A stretch of DNA of 64,000 nt, taken from the NCBI RefSeq assembly GCF_963676685.1, contig NC_092348.1, forward strand, positions 42,718,001-42,782,000, in the 5' to 3' direction. Positions 40,555 to 53,703 of this stretch are shown here, one piece after another. This DNA is from Mytilus edulis (lineage: Eukaryota). Positions within the stretch are counted from its first letter, which is position 1; every line of letters begins with the position of its first letter. The notes under the pieces are model-generated. The model saw nothing but the letters and a program-made list of their open reading frames with translations. It was not told the origin of the DNA and made no database searches. The position numbers and the translations under genes are program-made.

Positions 40555-43283
40555 TGATACAAAATTTAATATGAACCCTCTCGATTATTGAATTATTCCT
40601 AAAACCCCAGACTTCACACCCATACAGAAGTATTGGTTTAACAATTTTATCAAATAGATCAAGTTGGCATTCAATTGACATATTATGTACTCTACCTTTT
40701 CGAATAATATCGTACATAGCATGTGTTGCTTTTTCACATTGCTTTTTTTTAGCTCTTGAAAAATTTCCTGACCTAGACAGTAATACACCAAGATAATTAA
40801 ATTCACTCACAATATCTAGTTTTATATTATCATACTTAAAAACAATATTCTGCGGTAGTCTAATTTGTGAAAAAATTACAATCTTACTTTTTTCCACATT
40901 TACTCTAAGTTTCCATAACTCACAATATTCATATAAGAAGTCCAGTTGTCTTTGTAAAGCTATCTGAGATTCTGCCATTAAGACAGTATCGTCAGCATAT
41001 AAAATGACAAACAATTTTAAATAAACATTTAACTCTATTTCTAACTCATCAGAGATAGTGCAAAAACCTTCTATATTATTATTCTGTAAAAACAATTCCA
41101 GATCGTTGAGATAAATGGAAAAAAGCAAAGGAGAGAGATTCTCTCCCTGCCTAACACCAATTGAACAAGAGAAAAATTCAGAAAGATCTGATCCAAAGTG
41201 AATACGTGATTTGATATTATTGTACATGTTGACAATAACGTTATACAAACTATAGACGACGGTTACGTTTGTTATTACCTCCCCTGAAACTGTTGGATAT
41301 GCCCTTCATCGAATGTTTTATAAGTTTTGACCAGAGACCAGACCGCCAAACAGTATCGAATGCTTTCGAAAAGTCAAGGAAAGCACAACATAGTTTCTTC
41401 TTTTTCCTCTTTAGCAACTCAAATAATATGTGAATAACAAATATATTGTCTACTGTGGAATAACCTTTTCTGAAGCCAGCCTGGTTTTCATTTAATAATA
41501 AATAATCCTCGAAGAAAGAACTCAATCTAAAATTTATAACAGATGTGCAAAGTTTTCCCAGGCAGCTGAGTATAGTAATTGGTCTATAATTTTGGGGATC
41601 AGATTGGTCACCCTTGTTTTTATAAAAAGGTATGATATTTCACATAAGCCATATTTCAGGCAAAGTACCAGAATCAAAAATCATATTAAAAAGTTTCACA
41701 TAAACGGTATAAAAAAGTGTGATGTGCTTTTTTTTAATAAATTCATTGATTATTAAATCATCGCCACTGGCCTTCTCGTATACACTTAATAATCTCATCT
41801 GCGGTAATTTCTGAATTCAAAACTTCATTTACACCTTGAATGTCATTCGGCTCAGTTATGACATCATTTGTATTCTCGGCGTTATTTAAATTTTTTAAAA
41901 AATCAAACAGTACATCTAATGCTATGTTAGGTTTATTTCTTTTCCCTCCCCTAGTTAAAATTTTCCAATATTCCTTCGGTTTTTTGTCCTCAGGTTTTTC
42001 ATATGTTTTTGATTTTTTTTTCTATATTCCCTCATCGATTTATCCATCTGGCGTTTATATTCCCGTTCTTTCTTTTTCATTTCTTCCCTTTTTGCTTCTG
42101 ATCTATTACTGTTATAATTTCTCTTTGCTCCCCTGTAAATCTTTCTCTTATTCCAACATTGCTTATCAAACCATGATTTGTTCCCCTTTTTGGCCATTTT
42201 TTCCCCTGTACGACTCCCTTGGCTAGCATCTATATGTACCTAGAACATTATCTGCAGCATCCAATAATATGCTGTTAATTTTTTCGACTACATCGTTAAT
42301 TTTGCCTTAAGATAAAAGGTTACTGTCAACTGATTCTAATTCGGCAACCAAATCTGAAATTTTGTCCTTATCGATACATTCTACGAATTCATTCTTTTTC
42401 TCAACGTCCCATTTTTGTACCCGTTTTACTTCTCTTGCATTTTCCATGCTGTTCTCAGCAATATGCACATCTTCCTCAATACCATCTTCAAAATTTAAAG
42501 ATAATATTAACGGAGAGTGGACATCTGAGAAAAGCTTGGAAAAGTCTTGAACATACATATTTACAACGAAACATAGACAATCATAAGTACAAATAAAATA
42601 ATCAACAACACTGGCCTGACGGCAAGTAAATTTGCCTTCTTTGTCACCATTAACTCTACCATTAAGGATAATTATATTATTGTTTTTACACATTTCTAAC
42701 AACATGTTACCATAAGAGTTTTAACTTGTATCCATACTACATCTAACTTTAGACATGTCATATAAAACTAGATTGTTTAAAATATCTACATTATCAGTAT
42801 CAACAATATCATGCTGACTATGAACAATTTCAATATATTCTACATCTCGACTAGTTCTACTATTAAAATTACCATTTAAAGTATATACTTGTACTCTACA
42901 GAAAATTTCTAAAATTCTTTTTCTTATTCATTTAAAGCATCAGGAACCTTATATACAGAATTTTCTGGAGGGATATAAATATTTCCTATCATGACATCTT
43001 GGTCAGTTTTAAGTAAATCGGAAGAAATTTTCCACCAATATACTAAACTACTGAAATTTTCAACTGGCTTTACAAAATTTTCCAAGTGGGATTTATAGCC
43101 GAAAGCTATTCCCCCCGATTTAACTCTTGCTATATTTTTTCTATTTTTCGGATGAAAAGTAAATCCTGGAATATTTATCTTATCTAGATCATCTGTTTTA
43201 GTTTCAACAAGAGAAATAAAAACAAATTTTTGAACCATTTCTATAAATTCTGAGCACATTTGCCTTTTAAACGTACTTACCAA
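40555..43283 (-). mobile_element. Decayed APE-RT LINE (RTE-X-like), multiple frameshifts, 3'-truncated
   Basis: Endonuclease pieces ISLVETKTD, GGIAFGYK, YIPPENS, SVVDY, SDVHSPL; RT pieces QAGFRKGYST, FLDFSKAFDTVWR, GVRQGENLSPLLF, LYADD, KPILLYGCEVWG. Confidence 0.88.
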
Positions 43284-45536
43284 TCACCACTTATTAAAAC
43301 AGAGTTAACAGTACGTCAGTACTTTGAATACGGGTCAAAACTTCGACCGGGATTTTAACACTCTATGAAAGTAACCTATATAATAAAACAGATTTTTTCT
43401 TGCCTTAAAATAAAAATACCGTACACATTTTTGCAATAAAAATCTTTAACATGAAAATAAATAAGATTTGGTAGGATTATCAATAAGACAACTCTTCATC
43501 AGAGACCACATCATGTAGAAATTAGCAACTATAGTACATCGTTCAGACTTCTGCAATTAGCAAAATACATACAACACGACAAGCTTTCAAAGATCCCCAA
43601 ATGACAAATGTGAAACAATGCAAACGAGAAAACGAACGACCAAAACAATTCTTTAAACTGAGCATTCTACTTATGGTATATTATCTTATGTAATGATGAT
43701 ATCAATGTAATCTTGATTTTACCGAATAATATATTGCTTAATTCTCCCTTGAAACATGGAGAGTGGTAGGGACGGTAAACTAGCATACTTCTAAATGTAG
43801 TCGTGGAAAGCCGTTTATCCGCTTGTAGCCTAGACTACCTTTAAATATTTTCTTCGTTGCAGATAATCTTTACTATTAGTCAACAATTCTTGCCAACAAT
43901 TCTACATTGGAAGAAGTTTATTTGGTAATTAAAGTTTTCACGAATGGGGGTACATGAAAATTGTTTCAAAATGTAATGGTATAAGAAAGAACATGGCAAG
44001 TAAATATAGAAGATTTTTTTTTAAATATCTGTAATGCAAAAAAGCTAGAGGCTCAAATATGTGTTTTGAAACAGACTGGAAACTGTGTGGTTCAAAGTAA
44101 TGTGTCACTACCACCAGTTGAGCAGGATTTGATTCAAGAGCACTGAGTTGAGATCGCATCTAATCATATTCTTTGTGGGGCTCGTGTTACTTGGTCTTTA
44201 ATTTTCTAAGAAGTGTGTTTCTTTTGGTCGATTTTCGTACTTTTGTCATAGCATTGTGAGATTATCTCTCGGCTATTGCGCTTCGACTGTCCCCTTGGAA
44301 AGTTCCGCCTCTTATTTTTCTTTTTTGTTTACAATCTTAAAGAAGTTATGACGGCGCAAAGACTTACGAAGACCATGCAGTGAACTTCCTTAATGAATAA
44401 AATAATATCTGTGTCTTTCACCGTAGATATATTAAACCGACCACACACGGCACATATAGAAAAGACGTGAAGGTCGTCATAGTTTACGATCTTCCACAAT
44501 AGAAGTGTATATTTTTCTTAAAATCGCCGCGAGTCTGTTATGTTTTAAACAAATTTAAGACACAACCAAATATCTGGCAACAACAAAAGTTTTTGAGACG
44601 AGAAAACTTCTAAAAATATAATCAGCGACAAACATATATTAAACTTACAGAGCAATACCAAATGTAGAGACTATCAAATATGCAAATTTATGCATTCATT
44701 TAACCCCGCCACATTCTGTTTGTATGTGCCTGTCCAAAGTCAGGAGCCTGTAATTCAGTGTTTTTCGTTCATTTTTTTGTACTTAAATAAGGCCGTTAGT
44801 TTTTCGTTTGAATTGTATTACATTGTCAAATCGGAGCCTTTTATAGCAGACTATGCGGTATGAGCTTTGCTCATTGTTGAAGGCCGTACGCTGACCTACA
44901 GTTGTAAATTTCTGTCTCACTTTGGTCTCTTGTGGAGAGTTGTCTCATTGGCAATCATACCACATCTTCTTTTTTTATATTGAGAACCACTGAGTTCCTT
45001 ATAGTTAACATGCTACTATTTGCATTTTGCTGCTTTTCACAACTGTTCTCTAAAATACAATGTATATTTCTATGCATGATCAAAATGTATCATGATTAAT
45101 AGTTATATGAATACTATTTATTAAACACATTTGCCATGTATTTAAATGCGTTAGATTATGAGAAAGTATAGTGGTACAAAAGTAAACCTGCCACCCTGCA
45201 GTGTAAGGACAAGAATGGAAACATCACTTCGTATTCCATTTTAGCACAGGGGGCGAAAGATACAAGAGGAACACTTAAAAACTTATAAATCGAAAATAGA
45301 CTGACAACGCTGTGGCTAAAAAAAGAAACAGACAAACAATAGTACACTAAACACAATATAGAAAAAATTAAGACTACGCAACACGAATCCTATTAAAAAC
45401 TGGGGGATGATTTCAGGTGCTCCATTTATTATAAAAGAAGAATAATAACTTCTACGAAAATGTGTGTCTTTTTTTATTTATTCATATCTATAAAAATCAA
45501 AAAGAACTATAATACTGTTGTAAGTCTGAAAGTTAC

Positions 45537-47105
45537 TTATCTGTGTTCCACAAGTACATCAAAATCCAACGGTTTTAATGTTAGACCATATTTACTGTCA
45601 ATAACGGGAACTTTGCCAGGGACTACGGAAAATTTGCAACGTTGCAACATTGTGGCAAAAAATATGAAAAGTTCCATATGGGCTAACTGTTCACCAGGGC
45701 ATTTTCTTCTTCCAGCACCGAACGGTAAGAACAAATCTACCTTGTTCACAGACTTCTTGTCTTCACCTAGAAATCTGTAGGGATTGAATTTCTGCGGGTC
45801 TGGGAAAACTTCCGGGTCATGATTAACGGACCAGAGGTTTAAGAAAATTAAAGTATTTTCCGGTATAAAATAGTCATTCAAAACCGTGTCTTTAGTTGTG
45901 CTATGTGGAAGAGCAAACGGGAATATACAGGAGTGTCGCATGGTTTCTATTATTGTACTTTCTGTGAACGGCAGATGTTCGAGATCCTCGAATTCGGGAT
46001 ATCGGTCCATCCCAACATACGCTCGTATTTCCTGATGGACTTTTTCTTGAATTTCTGGGTGGGTTACCATAAATAGCACACTCCATTGAAGCGTACTTGC
46101 AATAGTGTCAAAACCAGCACCAATAAGTTCTTGCACCGTCAAAAGTATATGTTCATCTGTTAGTCCCACGGCGGACTTTGCTTCTTCCGGTATTTCTTCC
46201 GTGGCCCGGATTAATGCGTCCGTAACATCGCGAAGATTGGCCGGGTTATAAGTATCCAGATGTTCTTGTCTCTTTTTCAAACTAAAATTATCCATAGTTT
46301 TAAGTATTCCAAGAAAGGTATTGAAAGATCGTTTTGTAAAATGGCGCATCCACGGCATTATATCGACGGGATTTCCAGCACCCATTGTTGCCATGAATTT
46401 ATCGTTCATTTTCACTAGAAAAACAAAGTCTTCATCGTCTCTCTGATATCTTTGACCAAAACAAAGTGCACAAATAATGTTCCCAACGGAAAGATAGATT
46501 TCATTGTGTGGATTTACAGGTTTTCCTTTGGATGATAGCATATTATTTGTCAAGAGTTCGGCCTCAGAAATAATTGCCTGTTCGATTGGACTGTTTCTTT
46601 TATTTGTGAACGATGAAAGACTATTTTGTGCAATTTTTCTGTGAAGTTTCCATCTTGGTCCATAATCACTAAATCCCATACTTTTCCCGTTTGCAAGAAA
46701 CTTAAATGTATAGAAGTCTGGTCTCCCGGCAAAGTCTTCCGCTTTATTAACGGTCGCCTTTCTGATGGCAGTAAGTCCATTTATGACAATAGTCGGTCTA
46801 CTGCCCATCATGATCTGGTAAACGTCACCATATTTTTTCCTGAGTTCCGTCAAATATACGTGAGGTTTCTTCCCAAGACTTGGAAGATTTCCGAGCACTG
46901 GCCAGGCCATTGGACCCGGGGCATTAGAGCATTTTCTATCATCCTTTTTTGTACGATAAATGATCCATACCAGAAGAAAAGACAAAGCCAATAAAAGTGG
47001 AGTATACACTGATGTTCCCAAGTACATGTACTGAGTATACATCCCTGTAAGTGAAACTCTATTTAAATTCACTTCTTGTTGGTTGTGTTTAAACTTTATA
47101 CACAT
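45537..47105 (-). CDS. Cytochrome P450, clan 2, CYP1-like; single coding exon
   Basis: TM anchor, PGPMAWPVLGN, FAGRPDFYTF, WKLHRK, AGFDT I-helix, ETMR, FPFALPHST, heme loop FGAGRRKCPG. The track start at 47132 is TTG; the first ATG is at 47105 (alternatives 47042 and 47027). Confidence 0.93.
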   Translation of the reverse strand: MCIKFKHNQQEVNLNRVSLTGMYTQYMYLGTSVYTPLLLALSFLLVWIIYRTKKDDRKCSNAPGPMAWPVLGNLPSLGKKPHVYLTELRKKYGDVYQIMMGSRPTIVINGLTAIRKATVNKAEDFAGRPDFYTFKFLANGKSMGFSDYGPRWKLHRKIAQNSLSSFTNKRNSPIEQAIISEAELLTNNMLSSKGKPVNPHNEIYLSVGNIICALCFGQRYQRDDEDFVFLVKMNDKFMATMGAGNPVDIMPWMRHFTKRSFNTFLGILKTMDNFSLKKRQEHLDTYNPANLRDVTDALIRATEEIPEEAKSAVGLTDEHILLTVQELIGAGFDTIASTLQWSVLFMVTHPEIQEKVHQEIRAYVGMDRYPEFEDLEHLPFTESTIIETMRHSCIFPFALPHSTTKDTVLNDYFIPENTLIFLNLWSVNHDPEVFPDPQKFNPYRFLGEDKKSVNKVDLFLPFGAGRRKCPGEQLAHMELFIFFATMLQRCKFSVVPGKVPVIDSKYGLTLKPLDFDVLVEHR

Positions 47106-47150
47106 GTACTGAATCCTCTTAGTCGGACGCAAATAAATACTAGGACAGTC

Positions 47151-47157
47151 TTATATA
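47151..47157 (-). promoter_or_regulatory. Candidate TATA box of the P450
   Basis: TATATAA on the minus strand about 45 nt upstream of the first ATG. Confidence 0.5.
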
Positions 47158-48014
47158 ACTTTGAGTGACATCTCGTAACAAATGATGGGCGTTACGGTCG
47201 TTTAGTTTTGATTTGTGTAAACCATTTTAGAACGGACACTCTTTCCATAAAAATGACATATCTGTATCTGTCCGATGTTAAATGTCACGGTCTTCATGCA
47301 GTCACCAGTTGACCACGTAGTTTCAAATTTCAAATAGTTTATTTCGCATATCGCACAAAAGAAATTTGAGATTACTTTCCTTACATTACTTCTTTTGGTT
47401 TTAAACATAAACATATTGAGCGGAATGCTATTTTCACACACTATACTATACCAAGGCGACAAACTTAAATAGAAAACAGCTGACTATCGCGGATGTCATT
47501 CCCAGTTGAATGAAACAAAATTATATGCTTTTATCTGCTTCGTGGCTTGATTGCTTTATTTTTTTTGTTATTGACTGAAATTTAACACTTGAAAACAAGA
47601 AAAGAGAAAAGTATTTTACATCTTCAACCTCGGTTGACAAGAGAATATGAAACACCTTGAGCTTGTCCATTGTCCGGCTAAAGTGATTTAATTGTTGTCA
47701 TGTCATTTTGACAAGTCTGGCCTTTAGACAGGTCACTCATCTCTTTTATGTAACTGGAAAGAAAATCCTCGTGAATAAAAACGTGAAAATTTTAAACATC
47801 TGCCAAATTGATGAAAACTGCTCAAATCTTCATATATTATAGATGATTTATATAAAAAACCGGGATTAGAAAAAGAACAGCGCTGAAAATTCTCAATTTC
47901 CAATTTAAGCTTGATTCTTGCGATTCGTGAATTTTTCGTCAGTTTGGTACAATAAACTGTGTTGGGTCAGAACAATTTTATTAAAATTCAGACCTATATT
48001 AACTTGCTTGCTCT

Positions 48015-48180
48015 TACATGTATAAGTATAAAGAAATCAGAGAACTATATGTTAATGAGATTGGGGTCAGTACTCAATCTAATTAAAATATAGATCTCTG
48101 ATTTCGTTTTACTACACATGCTCATACATGTAGTATAACGAAATCAGAGATCTATATTTTAATTAGATTGGGTCAGTACT
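48015..48180. repeat. Direct-inverted-direct arrangement of a 45-55-bp segment, including a 96-bp hairpin (48075-48170)
   Basis: CAATCTAATTAAAATATAGATCTCTGATTTCGTT ... AACGAAATCAGAGATCTATATTTTAATTAGATTG; GGTCAGTACT at 48065 and 48171. Confidence 0.75.
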
Positions 48181-49679
48181 GTGCTTTATGCAGAATGAAA
48201 TATGCCATTGCGACAATTCTTAGAGTGGTTACTTTTCATGTTAATTTGAAATCATGTCGTTCTACATTCGTGTCTTAAAAATGTTTGCTTTATTTGTACA
48301 AGTCTTATACAAAACCCCACTTCCATGTTGAACTTCGACAAGTTCAGTTTGGGGTCCTCTTCGCGGTCCGCGTTTAAACTATGTCGATTCTTTGAAAAAT
48401 TAAAGACAATGAATTAGATTTTTTAAAACAACTAACCTTTAAAGGGTTGGGTGTAAATTTCAGGATAAAAACAATAAATGAACAATGTCAGAAAATATAA
48501 TGTATTTGTATTTGCTTTAGAAACAGGAAAAAACGCTAGGCTCTCCAAGCTTTTTCCTGCAGTTTCGTAGCGTTTACAAATACATATACATGTACATACA
48601 AAAAGACACGTTCTTCCGCAATCTCCAGATCAACTGTACAGAAAAAAAAAATGCTTCAAACTATTATCATTAGCAAAGAGATGATTAATGCCCCCCTTTT
48701 TTCTCAGAAAGAAAAAAGAATAGAAACAAAGAGAAGAATAAAAACTCATTGGACGAGGGAGAAAAGTTGGAATAATCAATTCTAAGTAAGGGCATAAGGC
48801 AATACTTATAGCTTGCTTTGTTTAAATATAAATATTATTCATTTTTTTGTATCAGTATGTCAAAAGAGGTTGTACAACCACTTGGTCATTATACTAGCTA
48901 ACTTTTTTGTATGATCATTGTATAGCAGCCTTAGTATGACTTTATAAAATAATTGCTTCTCTTTTCATATAATATCAAACAAAAGTTAAACACTTTCTCT
49001 TTATGAAACAAGAAGAAGTAGGTCTCTGGGTCGGACATGTAAAAATAAACTGTGACAGAAGCATATTACATTATGTAGGGCATTTATATAACAATCACAA
49101 TCTCTTCTAAAGAAACGAAGTTAATTCAAACTATTTCTAGAACTTGAAAATTTTAGATACTTGAACAACTGAAAACTGTTTGCCAACGTGAGGAATTTTA
49201 TTTTCACCCCAAATCAAAACAAAATTAAACGTATTAAGAAAAATAAAAGGGTGAGACTAATTTATTGAACATATAATGGAACATCAATTTTACGCGAAAT
49301 CCCAATTTATTAAACACTGAACAGATCGATATTGGGGAGCTGAGTTTTAAAGATAAAACTATTTGTCAACGTATGAATCAAGATTTTTATGCGAAATACC
49401 AATTAATTATTAATTAAAACTAAATATATAGATATAAGAAGATGTGGTATGAGTGCTAATGAGACAACTCTCCATCCAAGTCACAATTTATAAAAGTAAA
49501 CCATAATAAGCCAAAGTACGGTCTTCAACACAGAGCATTGGCTATAAAGTATACTTGTACTTGGAAAAAAATGGAAAAGGAAGAGTTGTTTCAGAGATGA
49601 ATTTCACCTACTCATATGATGTTGGGCGTTATTATCCACTCTACTGTGACTGGTATCAAGGATTAGGTTAATAGATTGA

Positions 49680-50847
49680 AATTTATTTTGTAAATACTAA
49701 TTAGAATAGAAAACCATGTTGATCCTTCAACTGTATTCTTATCCCACCAAATATAGTAATAGTGTTGTATTGTAATTCTGAGATCAATCAGCATACATGT
49801 ATAGTTGTAGATGTTCCTGATGTTTTAGTGTTCATAGTGTACTGCAAGTAATTTCTCATTGTGAGCTCTGTAGAGTTTGACAATAAACTAAGTGTATATA
49901 CATATGCCTAGAAGCAAGAAACAACCTAAGACAAAACTCTATAAGATAAACCAAGTATGTGCACAGCTTAAAAATGATGCCATATATTCTACTATAAGGC
50001 ATAACAGGTTACTGAGTACTGTAAAGACTCTGCTTAGTATCATCCTATGCATTGACATATACCCCATATTTGCAAGGGAGTGCAGCTTCTCATTTACCAA
50101 TTTCTACATTTACATGTATGGATAATTTGACGACGGATCTTACCACTAGTATAGTAATAAGAAAGGTGATGTCGACTTACTATTTTGATTCTCTATTATA
50201 TCACTCCCTAATGTAATAATTAGACAAAACTAAAGTAGTTAATAATTTCTATTAATAAAAAACATAATATCAAAATATTTACATACACAATAAATCACTC
50301 AAAATTACTCTAATCAGAAAGATTATACTATATTACATAACTTCTTAATACAAAATAACTAAAAACTTATACTTGATTTGGGTTTGGGGCAGACTCAGCA
50401 TTTTCTAAATTACTGACATTATTAAACTCGGTGTAGCAGCTATTGGAAAGCTTTTAGAACATAAGAGTAAGTGTTTACTCACTGTAAATGCTGTAGCTTA
50501 GGCTACAAGAGCCGGAATAACAATGTCAGTAATGCACATGGAAGTAATGCTCAACTCGGTGTAGCGGTCAACTCGGTGTAGTTAGCTACAAGAGCCGGAA
50601 GCAATGTTAGATGCTACTCGGTGTACCCAGAACTACAAGAGCCGGAAGACAAGTGTGCTACAAGAGCCGGAAGAGCATTACTTCAAATTGATGTGGATGA
50701 AGATAGCAAAACTGCTAGACAAATTTAATAGCCCATTCAAATATTAATGTACATGTACTGTACATGGAAACAAATGAAAACTACAGAATTTTGGGGAATT
50801 AATGAATTATGTATTCCCATTACCAGATTAATTAATTAATACGGCCA
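49680..50847. repeat. Split direct repeat B2 (1168 bp)
   Basis: Appears identical to 51237-52404 (offset 1557; identical spurious ORFs at 49892 and 51449). Confidence 0.95.
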
Positions 50848-51236
50848 ATATGGCTTTAACAATTTTAACTGAATCTGCCCAAAGTACATGCATATAGTCG
50901 ACAAGTGTAAATACATACAATAATCATGATAATGTACTAAATTAAAAGGATAAATATATGAAAAAATATTCACAAGAAGTTACATGTTAACAAAGCAACA
51001 TTAAATGTGCTAAACAACATTCAAAAATTTATGGAAGAGCGGCGGGGATGGTGGTGGCTGTATAAACTTTGATAAGACACAAGACCTGGCAGTAACAATG
51101 TTAAACGATCAATGATGTCATAATTAATTAACAGCCAATCAAAAGCCTTGACAATCAGAACTAAAAATAACTGTCTTATAGTTGAGTCTATAGGAACAAT
51201 TTAACAACATAAACATGACTTATACTTATAAGTCTT

Positions 51237-52404
51237 AATTTATTTTGTAAATACTAATTAGAATAGAAAACCATGTTGATCCTTCAACTGTATTCTTATC
51301 CCACCAAATATAGTAATAGTGTTGTATTGTAATTCTGAGATCAATCAGCATACATGTATAGTTGTAGATGTTCCTGATGTTTTAGTGTTCATAGTGTACT
51401 GCAAGTAATTTCTCATTGTGAGCTCTGTAGAGTTTGACAATAAACTAAGTGTATATACATATGCCTAGAAGCAAGAAACAACCTAAGACAAAACTCTATA
51501 AGATAAACCAAGTATGTGCACAGCTTAAAAATGATGCCATATATTCTACTATAAGGCATAACAGGTTACTGAGTACTGTAAAGACTCTGCTTAGTATCAT
51601 CCTATGCATTGACATATACCCCATATTTGCAAGGGAGTGCAGCTTCTCATTTACCAATTTCTACATTTACATGTATGGATAATTTGACGACGGATCTTAC
51701 CACTAGTATAGTAATAAGAAAGGTGATGTCGACTTACTATTTTGATTCTCTATTATATCACTCCCTAATGTAATAATTAGACAAAACTAAAGTAGTTAAT
51801 AATTTCTATTAATAAAAAACATAATATCAAAATATTTACATACACAATAAATCACTCAAAATTACTCTAATCAGAAAGATTATACTATATTACATAACTT
51901 CTTAATACAAAATAACTAAAAACTTATACTTGATTTGGGTTTGGGGCAGACTCAGCATTTTCTAAATTACTGACATTATTAAACTCGGTGTAGCAGCTAT
52001 TGGAAAGCTTTTAGAACATAAGAGTAAGTGTTTACTCACTGTAAATGCTGTAGCTTAGGCTACAAGAGCCGGAATAACAATGTCAGTAATGCACATGGAA
52101 GTAATGCTCAACTCGGTGTAGCGGTCAACTCGGTGTAGTTAGCTACAAGAGCCGGAAGCAATGTTAGATGCTACTCGGTGTACCCAGAACTACAAGAGCC
52201 GGAAGACAAGTGTGCTACAAGAGCCGGAAGAGCATTACTTCAAATTGATGTGGATGAAGATAGCAAAACTGCTAGACAAATTTAATAGCCCATTCAAATA
52301 TTAATGTACATGTACTGTACATGGAAACAAATGAAAACTACAGAATTTTGGGGAATTAATGAATTATGTATTCCCATTACCAGATTAATTAATTAATACG
52401 GCCA
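51237..52404. repeat. Split direct repeat B1 (1168 bp)
   Basis: Copy of 49680-50847. Confidence 0.95.
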
Positions 52405-52695
52405 TAAATCAGATTGAATACATGAAATGTATGCGGTCTGAGTGCCCCAAAATTAAGTAAAAGTTACAACAACCAAAGATATAAATCCAATACATTTATA
52501 TACATGCAATCTTATCATTGTTATTACATGTATCATACTACACTACATAAGTCCTAATTATTCCTAAACCTAAATGACGACAGACATACAAGTGATCCTA
52601 GATCGATCCGCAATATAGTATACTGTAAAACTAGTACAATGTATCTCATATAATAATATATAGTTATATAATGATTGACAAATTTGCCAATTTTA

Positions 52696-53703
52696 TCAAT
52701 TCTTTGCTAAAGAATTTTGAGCTCTTTTCAGGTCAGACTCTGAAATTTTTATATATCTACAGTAAGCATCTGAAGACCATCTTCCCATAACTTTTATCAA
52801 GTGGTCTTCAACCTGAACTGAACCGGCAGTTGTCGCTGCCCCTATACGAAAAGAATGGCCACTGTAATAGGTAGAGTCAATACCTAAACTATCTAAAGCA
52901 TGTTTGAATAAAGAGAGAAATTTAGCTCTGGTGACAGCAGCCCCAGTTAAATCGACAAACAATGGAGTTTCAGGAGACAGATTCCTTTGAAAGCGATTAT
53001 TCATATACAAACAGCATATCCTATGTGGGCAAATCTCAGTACCTGTTTCAAAAAGTTTAATAGTCACACCTTGTCTAAAAGGATCTGTTTTAGAAATTTT
53101 AAGCTTAAGATGTATACTGTCGCTTAGAATAGTAATATCTGAAATACATAAATTAAAAGCTGGATCAAAATTTCCACAACTATCAACTGTGAATTCACCA
53201 CATCTTAAAAAACCAAAAAATGCAACTGTACACATAGTTTCTAATAATAAATTCTCATAACTACTGTTCTGGCGCAGCCAGAGACAGACTTTCTGTAAAA
53301 TATCAAAAGTTATAGGGTACCTTGGTTTAGGATTGGTTTTATAAGTACGCTTTACTCCATTCAGTATAGCTTTGAGTCGTCTTAACTTAGTTAAATCAGG
53401 ATAATTTATGTTAAGTTCTAAACATTTGAACCTAATACCACACAAATACAATTTAATAGTACTATAACTTATATGTAGTCTACTTGTACAATAAGCAACA
53501 AAAAGTAATAATAACTGTTCATTGACTGGTACACACCCAGGCAATATTAAAGCAACAACACCCGTTAATAACAAAAAAGAAGTGTATGATCTAAAACCAG
53601 TTTCATAAGTTTTTCTTGTGCCTGTAGATATTGCTGCCTCCCACAACTGGCTAACTACGGTGTCGAGCTCCATAACACAAGTTGAGGAGGAGGAACTTTG
53701 CAT
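52696..53703 (-). CDS. Tyrosine recombinase of the retrotransposon, intact 335 aa
   Basis: FFGFLRCGEF, SKTDPFRQG, GHSFRIGAAT, GRWSSDAYCRY; overlaps the pol 3' end by 49 nt. Confidence 0.93.
   Translation of the reverse strand: MQSSSSSTCVMELDTVVSQLWEAAISTGTRKTYETGFRSYTSFLLLTGVVALILPGCVPVNEQLLLLFVAYCTSRLHISYSTIKLYLCGIRFKCLELNINYPDLTKLRRLKAILNGVKRTYKTNPKPRYPITFDILQKVCLWLRQNSSYENLLLETMCTVAFFGFLRCGEFTVDSCGNFDPAFNLCISDITILSDSIHLKLKISKTDPFRQGVTIKLFETGTEICPHRICCLYMNNRFQRNLSPETPLFVDLTGAAVTRAKFLSLFKHALDSLGIDSTYYSGHSFRIGAATTAGSVQVEDHLIKVMGRWSSDAYCRYIKISESDLKRAQNSLAKN

Noticed and set aside
49892-51682. Duplicated 77-aa ORFs as genes
   Set aside because: They start at GTG, have no recognisable motif, and are by-products of the B repeats.
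49680-52404. LTR pair or assembly duplication
   Set aside because: Both copies lie on one side of the ORFs and lack TG...CA ends, a PBS and a TSD. With the 67-bp A repeat they fit split direct repeats of a YR element.
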